Assembly (NCBI GenBank): GCA_910579275.1
Contig: CAJTTO010000003.1
Span: 90,406 to 154,405 of the forward strand
Source of the DNA: an uncultured Lachnospiraceae bacterium
Lineage (GTDB): Bacteria > Bacillota > Clostridia > Lachnospirales > Lachnospiraceae
Direction: 5' to 3'
Length of the DNA stretch: 64,000 nt
The notes under the pieces are model-generated. The model was not told where the DNA came from. It saw only the letters and a list, made by a program, of their open reading frames with translations, and did no database searches. This document shows, piece after piece, positions 58,322 to 64,000 of the stretch; the first letter of the stretch is position 1; every line of letters starts with the position of its first letter. A program made the translations under genes and the position numbers.

Positions 58322-60301
58322 TCATCCATTTTCCATTCCCAGATACGTTTGCATGAATTGCTCCTCTGTCAAAATCGGAACATTGAGTTCCTTTGCTTTT
58401 TTGTTTTTTGAAGAATTGGAAGCAATGTCGTTGTTAATCAGGCAGACTGTCTTGGCAGAAACACTTCCAGCGACTTTTCCGCCTTTTTTTTCAATCAGCT
58501 CTTTCAGGGCGTTTCTACTGTCAAAATGTTCCAGACTACCTGTAATCACAAAAGTCTGACCATCCAGTGTCTGCTCTGTCTCGTCGATATCTTCCTTTAT
58601 TATAACAACTTCTTTTAAGAGATTGTCAAATCTTTCATTGTTCCCTTCGTCAGAAAAATAGTCCTCAAAAGCCTTCCCGATAACTTCGCCGATACCGTCA
58701 ATTTCACTGAGTTCTTCGGCTGTCGCATGACGCATGGCATCTATGTCAAACTTATAATATCTGCAGATGACCTTTGCATTCGCCAGTCCGATATTGGCTA
58801 TCCCGAGACTGTAAATTAATTTTGGCAGTTCTACATCTCTGGATTTTTCAATACCATCTATCAGTTTTTTGTAGGATTTCTCACCAAACCCTTCCATTGC
58901 TACAATCTCATCCTTATATCTGTCAAGATGGAACATATCCTGATACTGGTGGATAAACCCTTTTGCAATAAACTTTTCGAGTGTAGCCTCCGACAAACCG
59001 TCAATATTCATTGCATCCCGGCTCACGAACAGCGTGAAAGACTTTATCTTCTTTGCATCGCAGTCAGCATTGGTACAGTACAGGGACTGCACCTCATTCA
59101 CCGCGCGCACCTCCGTATCGCCCCCGCACACTGGACAGGCAGATGGAATTTCGATGCTGTCACTTCCCGTAAGATTTTCCGCAATCTGCGGTATAATCAT
59201 ATTTGCCTTATAGACAGTGATTTTATCGCCAATGCCAAGTTTCAATCCTTTCAGTATGCTGATATTATGGACGGAAGCCCTGCTTACCGTAGTTCCCTCA
59301 AGCTCTACCGGCTCAAAAATAGCAACCGGATTAATCAGCCCTGTGCGGCTTGGACTCCACTCTATCTCTTTCAGAACGGTCTCCCTTATCTCGTCCGCCC
59401 ACTTAAAAGCGATTGCGTCACGTGGAAACTTGGCAGTCCGTCCCAAAGAACGCCCATACGCAATGTCATCATATATTAATACAAGTCCATCTGACGGTAT
59501 ATCAAAACTTTGTACACGATTCTCATAATCCGCTACCGCGTCAGCGACATTTTCTGCATTCACTTTCTGGAATTCCACGACATCAAATCCCTGTTCTTTC
59601 AAAAAAGCAAACTGCTTCTCCCGCGCGTTCCCGAAATCAACTCCGTCTGCCTTCACAAGCGCAAACGCATAAAATCTAACGTTTCTTTCCTCGGTAATCT
59701 GATTATTCAACTGCCTGACAGAACCGGAGCAGAGATTGCGCGGGTTCTTGTATTTTGCATCAATATCCTCTATGCGGCTGTTGATTTCCTCAAAATCATG
59801 GTACGTAATCACTGCCTCTCCCCTAAGAACCAGCTCTCCTTGATATCTGATGCGGAGCGGAATATTTTTAAACACTTTCGCATTGTTGGTAATGACTTCT
59901 CCCACTTCGCCATTTCCGCGGGTAACTGCCTTTAACAGACTTCCGTTCTGATACGTAAGCACAATTGTAAGACCGTCAAGTTTCCAGCTCAGCAGCCCCT
60001 CCTTGTCACCCAGCCAGCTTTTCAGTTCCTCTCTGTCCTTTGTCTTTCCAAGCGACAGCATCGGACTTTCATGCGCCTCTTTGGGCAGCTCGTCTACCGC
60101 TTCATAGCCTACACTGATTGTCGGGCTTCCCGCCAGAACCATCCCTGTTTCCTGTTCCAATGCCGCCAGCTCATCACACAGCTTATCATACGCAAAATTG
60201 CTCATGATTTCCTTGTCCTCTGCGTAATATGCCTTTGAAGCCTCCCGCAGACGTTCAACAAGTTCTTTCATTCTATGTATCGCTTCCTTGTTTTCTGCCA
60301 T
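58322..60301 (-). CDS. ligA: NAD-dependent DNA ligase
   Basis: KLDG, TRGNG and NPRN motifs; Zn finger CPVC; HhH repeats; BRCT (FVITG). Confidence 0.96.
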   Translation of the reverse strand: MAENKEAIHRMKELVERLREASKAYYAEDKEIMSNFAYDKLCDELAALEQETGMVLAGSPTISVGYEAVDELPKEAHESPMLSLGKTKDREELKSWLGDKEGLLSWKLDGLTIVLTYQNGSLLKAVTRGNGEVGEVITNNAKVFKNIPLRIRYQGELVLRGEAVITYHDFEEINSRIEDIDAKYKNPRNLCSGSVRQLNNQITEERNVRFYAFALVKADGVDFGNAREKQFAFLKEQGFDVVEFQKVNAENVADAVADYENRVQSFDIPSDGLVLIYDDIAYGRSLGRTAKFPRDAIAFKWADEIRETVLKEIEWSPSRTGLINPVAIFEPVELEGTTVSRASVHNISILKGLKLGIGDKITVYKANMIIPQIAENLTGSDSIEIPSACPVCGGDTEVRAVNEVQSLYCTNADCDAKKIKSFTLFVSRDAMNIDGLSEATLEKFIAKGFIHQYQDMFHLDRYKDEIVAMEGFGEKSYKKLIDGIEKSRDVELPKLIYSLGIANIGLANAKVICRYYKFDIDAMRHATAEELSEIDGIGEVIGKAFEDYFSDEGNNERFDNLLKEVVIIKEDIDETEQTLDGQTFVITGSLEHFDSRNALKELIEKKGGKVAGSVSAKTVCLINNDIASNSSKNKKAKELNVPILTEEQFMQTYLGMENG

Positions 60302-60331
60302 ATATTCCTCCAAATCAACTTATTCAATATT

Positions 60332-61054
60332 TCAAAAATCGGTTTTGTCCGGCATCCCGCACAGACGGTAAAGTGTTGCTAGCGCATCACCTTTCAGTTC
60401 CCGATATTCACCGCTTTTTAATCCCGCCAATTCTATATTCAGCACTCTGATACGTGTGAGGGTTTTTACCTGATAGCCGAAGGCTGCACACATCCGTCGA
60501 ATCTGCCTGTTCAGCCCCTGCGTGAGGATAATTTTAAATGTGTATTTTCCTACACGCTGTAATTTGCAGGGGCGCGTTGTCCTGTCCAGCTCCTTTAAGT
60601 ATACACCTTGTGACATTCCGGAAAGAAATCCATCGGTCAATTCCTTGTCAACTTTTACGACATACTCCTTTTCGTGACCGTTTGCCCCCTTCATCATATG
60701 TTGTATCAATTCACCGTCGTTTGTCATTAGCATCAGCCCGTCAGAATCCTTGTCAAGGCGTCCCGCGTAAGTAAGCCTTACAGGATATTTGACTGCATCG
60801 GCTATTGTCTTCCCTGCATGCCTGTCTTTCTCCGTGCACACGACTCCGATGGGCTTATTGTACGCAAGAACGACTTTCTCAGAAATCGCTTTAACCTTCC
60901 TGCCGTTTACTTCTATGATATCTCTGTCGCATACCTGCATACCGCTTACGGCTCTCTGACCATTTACAATCACCCTGCCCTCATCTATCAGTTTATCCGC
61001 ATTCCGTCTTGAGCATACTCCACATTCCGCAAGGTATTTATTCAATCTGGTCAT
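60332..61054 (-). CDS. rRNA pseudouridine synthase (RsuA family, RluF/RluB-like)
   Basis: S4 domain RLNKYLAECGVCSRR; GRLDKDS and QGLNRQIRRM motifs. Confidence 0.92.
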   Translation of the reverse strand: MTRLNKYLAECGVCSRRNADKLIDEGRVIVNGQRAVSGMQVCDRDIIEVNGRKVKAISEKVVLAYNKPIGVVCTEKDRHAGKTIADAVKYPVRLTYAGRLDKDSDGLMLMTNDGELIQHMMKGANGHEKEYVVKVDKELTDGFLSGMSQGVYLKELDRTTRPCKLQRVGKYTFKIILTQGLNRQIRRMCAAFGYQVKTLTRIRVLNIELAGLKSGEYRELKGDALATLYRLCGMPDKTDF

Positions 61055-61097
61055 CTCTGCATCCTTTCAAATCTTTCGTTATCCACAAAAAATGATG

Positions 61098-61529
61098 TCA
61101 TAAAAACTTTTTAAGCCTCTCGATCGATTTCGCCTCAAAATCCATCAGCTCCTTTGCAACCTCCATAGATGTATTGCCCGAATTCTGATGATGGTTAATG
61201 GATTTCCACATGCTTGTCAGTCCCCTGTTGCTTCCCTGTATCATAAGCTCGGCAATTTTGCTGGAGCTGCAATTTGTAAGGGTATTCATCTGTATTCCGC
61301 CCTTAAGCATCATGTCCTGCATCGTACTGGCATGGTACCCTTCTGCCCGCTCGCTCTGAAGCCTGTCCGTTGCCTTATTTTGTATTACAGAATATAACAA
61401 TCTCTGTTTTGACAGCTCGTGCAGCAGCTCCCTGTTTTGAACCTTCTCCGATATCGTGTCAATCGCATTCATTGCCATACTGGAATTTCTCTGCACTTCC
61501 TTTAATATCTCCTGATCATCTTTTTTCAT
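61098..61529 (-). CDS. Helical hypothetical protein, probably sporulation-associated
   Basis: All-helical 143 aa with KIAELMIQG; preceded by a sigma-F/G-like promoter. Confidence 0.65.
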   Translation of the reverse strand: MKKDDQEILKEVQRNSSMAMNAIDTISEKVQNRELLHELSKQRLLYSVIQNKATDRLQSERAEGYHASTMQDMMLKGGIQMNTLTNCSSSKIAELMIQGSNRGLTSMWKSINHHQNSGNTSMEVAKELMDFEAKSIERLKKFL

Positions 61530-61578
61530 AGTTATCTTCCTTTCGCCTGCAAAATTTACGAATTCATTCCGATAACTA

Positions 61579-61607
61579 TAGTGTTGCCAGTATTTAGCAG
61601 TTTATGC
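61579..61607 (-). promoter_or_regulatory. Putative forespore (sigma-F/G) promoter
   Basis: GCATA, 14 nt, GGCAACACTA. Confidence 0.45.
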
Positions 61608-62681
61608 CAGTATATCCGTGTCCTCCTTCACAGTATCCTCCACCTCGCCAGTCAGAACCTCCGGTTTATCCTCCGACAGCTCTGTCATGGCAGGAATCTC
61701 TTTCTCAAAAGGATAAATAACACCCCATTGTGCGCGAAGCGCATCCATCTGTTTCATTATGCGGAGTGTTTCTTCGTGCGGCATCTCCCAGCACTCTTTT
61801 TGTCCTTTTTCAATTGCCTCCAGACAAGAGTAAACCTCATATTCATAACCAGTAATCTGTTTTGGCGCTTTTATTGTTTTCCCCGGCTTATATCCCGCAT
61901 CATACACTGTAATGGATTCAAAATTATTGATATTTTCAATTACGATGTACCCCTTGGGTCCGTATATGACACCACGTCTGTCACTCACTGCATGCATTGT
62001 ACAGTTCAGGACTGCCATCCTGCCGTCTTTATACTTCAGTGTAATACTTTCACTGGCATCCACCCCTGAACTGGTCAGTATACAGGAAGATTCTGTTTTC
62101 TCAATTTCTTTTCCGAAAATCATGGATGCAAAATGAAGTGTATATACGCCCAAATCCAAAAGCGCCCCTCCTGCAAGTGCCGGATTCGTAAGTCTCTCCT
62201 TGTCGGATACAGGATATCCCAAATTTGCCGTGAGCATTGTCGGCTCACCAATAATTCCCGAATTAATAATACCCTTTATCGTCGTCATCATCGGCATGTA
62301 TCTCGTCCACATTGCCTCTGCCACAAATACACCTTTTTCCCTTGCGAGCGACAAAACTTCCTCCGCCTGTGGCGCATTTGCCGTAAATGATTTCTCACAA
62401 AGCACATTCTTTCCATTCTCTATGCATAATTTCATATTTGCATAGTGTTCCGAATGTGGTGTTGCTATATAAACCAAATCTATTTTATCGTCGAGCATCA
62501 TCTCCTCGTAGGAAGTATATGCCACCTTTATACCATATTCCTCGGCAAATTTCTTTGCTCTTTCCTCACTTCTGGATGCCACGCCATAACATTTTACATT
62601 TTTCATCTTTTTGATGGTGCCTGCCATGACACCCGCAATCTTACCGGTTCCCATAATGCCAACTCGTTTTTGATTAAACAT
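61602..62681 (-). CDS. Gfo/Idh/MocA family oxidoreductase
   Basis: GTGKIA, YIATPHSEH, VLCEKS and GGALLDLGVY motifs. Confidence 0.92.
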   Translation of the reverse strand: MFNQKRVGIMGTGKIAGVMAGTIKKMKNVKCYGVASRSEERAKKFAEEYGIKVAYTSYEEMMLDDKIDLVYIATPHSEHYANMKLCIENGKNVLCEKSFTANAPQAEEVLSLAREKGVFVAEAMWTRYMPMMTTIKGIINSGIIGEPTMLTANLGYPVSDKERLTNPALAGGALLDLGVYTLHFASMIFGKEIEKTESSCILTSSGVDASESITLKYKDGRMAVLNCTMHAVSDRRGVIYGPKGYIVIENINNFESITVYDAGYKPGKTIKAPKQITGYEYEVYSCLEAIEKGQKECWEMPHEETLRIMKQMDALRAQWGVIYPFEKEIPAMTELSEDKPEVLTGEVEDTVKEDTDILA

Positions 62682-62787
62682 ACGCAATCCCTTACCTTTC
62701 GTCTGGTGATAACAGTCCGGCCTACGTTTTCCTGCCACGGACATCAAACCATGCAAAGCCTCTTTGCGGTGACTTGATGCATCTCAA

Positions 62788-62919
62788 CTTTAACACGGTT
62801 TCAACAACCGTGTTAAAGCGTTAAGTCTCCGGCTGAATTGTTACATTCGGTGCTTTCTAATCTGTCCGACCATTTACAATGCAGACCCATGTAGCATAAC
62901 TGCCACATGGGTCTGCATT
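62788..62919. repeat. Two long intergenic hairpins
   Basis: 13-bp stem at 62788-62818 and 15-bp stem at 62878-62919. Confidence 0.7.
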
Positions 62920-62971
62920 TAGACACAATTTTATTATAATCAATTTATGTATGATATTTCAATACGTTTCT

Positions 62972-64000
62972 CTATTTTTCAAAAAATTCTGCCTTAACAA
63001 AGCCTGTCGAACCGTTATAGTTTATCTTGAACCACTCTCCCTGTTCTTCAAGCAGTTCATACGTTGTCCCAGCCTGTGCCGTGCCAAGTTTCGCCGATTC
63101 CTGATCTGCCTGACTTCTGACATTTACATTTGTCTGGGCTGTCACCGTGCCAATCGGCTCTACCGTCACTTCAGAAGTTACAACTTCAAGGTAATCGCTC
63201 TTTATATAAGCCTCCCTATCCTCAAAGATAATCTTACTCCATCCGTTGACCCTTTCCTCAACACGTGTAAGTTCTGTTCCGGACTGTACTTTACCGATTT
63301 TATCTGCTTCCTCGCTGTCCGAAGACCGCACGTTGACGGTATCCGTTGCCCGTACAATCTGGTTCACTGCCTGATTCTGCAACGGCGGCTGCTCCTCTGT
63401 CTCGCTTGGGGCTTCCGTCTCTGCCGGCTGTGTCTGTTCATCGGCTGATGACGGCTGCGTCTCCTCTGTCTGAGGTGTATCGGTATTATTTTCCTGTGTT
63501 TCTAGCTGTGCCAGAGCCTCGCCTACAGACGTCTTAATCTGTACAGGAAGTTCTTCCAAAAATACACTGAGTGCTTCGTCAGCTGCCACTGCTTCCTTGT
63601 AGCTTACATCTATCTTATTGTATAAGTCAACCACATCATCCTGACTTGTGACAAGCTTGAACGCCGCCTTGATATTCTCCTCCGTGTCACCGTCAATCTT
63701 AAGGGTTCCGTCTTCTGCCGTATAGACATACCACGCATTAAGTCCGGGTGCTTTTGTCTCTATATCCTGTATCTTTACCGCATATGTGACATATACAAAA
63801 TATGTATTCTCACTTAACCCCGGTTTCGTGTAACAATTAATTGTATCGTAGAACTCAATGAACTCGCTCTTCTTCTCATAAGTGATGATTTCCTTGTCAT
63901 CATTATAATCTTTAACCGCCCTTACCGTCTCCATGTCACCGTCAGCAAGAGCCTTATAAAAGGTGTTCATCAGCTCATTGACATTGTTGTACGCATTCTC
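62972..64000 (-). CDS. Protein with two C-terminal SH3b domains (5' end outside the window)
   Basis: Two repeats VNVRS...GW.KI...Y/FxKxxY/F; acidic P/T/E linker; frame is open to 64000. Confidence 0.85.
   Translation of the reverse strand, partial: ENAYNNVNELMNTFYKALADGDMETVRAVKDYNDDKEIITYEKKSEFIEFYDTINCYTKPGLSENTYFVYVTYAVKIQDIETKAPGLNAWYVYTAEDGTLKIDGDTEENIKAAFKLVTSQDDVVDLYNKIDVSYKEAVAADEALSVFLEELPVQIKTSVGEALAQLETQENNTDTPQTEETQPSSADEQTQPAETEAPSETEEQPPLQNQAVNQIVRATDTVNVRSSDSEEADKIGKVQSGTELTRVEERVNGWSKIIFEDREAYIKSDYLEVVTSEVTVEPIGTVTAQTNVNVRSQADQESAKLGTAQAGTTYELLEEQGEWFKINYNGSTGFVKAEFFEK

Noticed and set aside
62682..62756. N-terminal extension of the Gfo/Idh/MocA ORF
   Set aside because: The Rossmann motif and SD-like sequence support ATG 62681.
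1..64000. Prophage, IS, integron, CRISPR-Cas, defence system, tRNA or rRNA
   Set aside because: No integrase, transposase, cas, repeat-spacer array or structural RNA signature was seen by eye.

Overview
A gene-dense, mostly core-genome chromosomal window. Gene content and order suggest an anaerobic, spore-forming, chemotactic Clostridia member, probably Lachnospiraceae (inference). Almost all genes are on the minus strand. In order it holds: a partial rnfC; a YprB/MrfB-like exonuclease; an AT-rich GT-C-like membrane gene; the cheR-rpsA-ispH-cmk block; a biotin-dependent Na+-translocating decarboxylase operon; dacB; a two-domain PPK2; a carbohydrate ABC/YesMN-type locus with two binding proteins; udk; scpAB; a second D,D-carboxypeptidase; rpsU, alaS, glyS, recO and era; an M16 peptidase; a CoA-enzyme activase; asnS, metA and ligA; and a partial SH3 protein. 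I saw no rRNA, tRNA, CRISPR array, integrase or transposase. The strongest candidates for undescribed biology are (1) a TetR-Hpt fusion next to a stand-alone receiver, (2) a SigA-like protein lacking region 4 and the promoter-melting motif, beside a derlin-like zinc-finger membrane protein and an M16 peptidase, (3) a hemerythrin/CheX-like/receiver protein, and (4) a GC-rich structured element bounded by 14-bp inverted repeats. All calls come from reading motifs by eye; no database searches were run.
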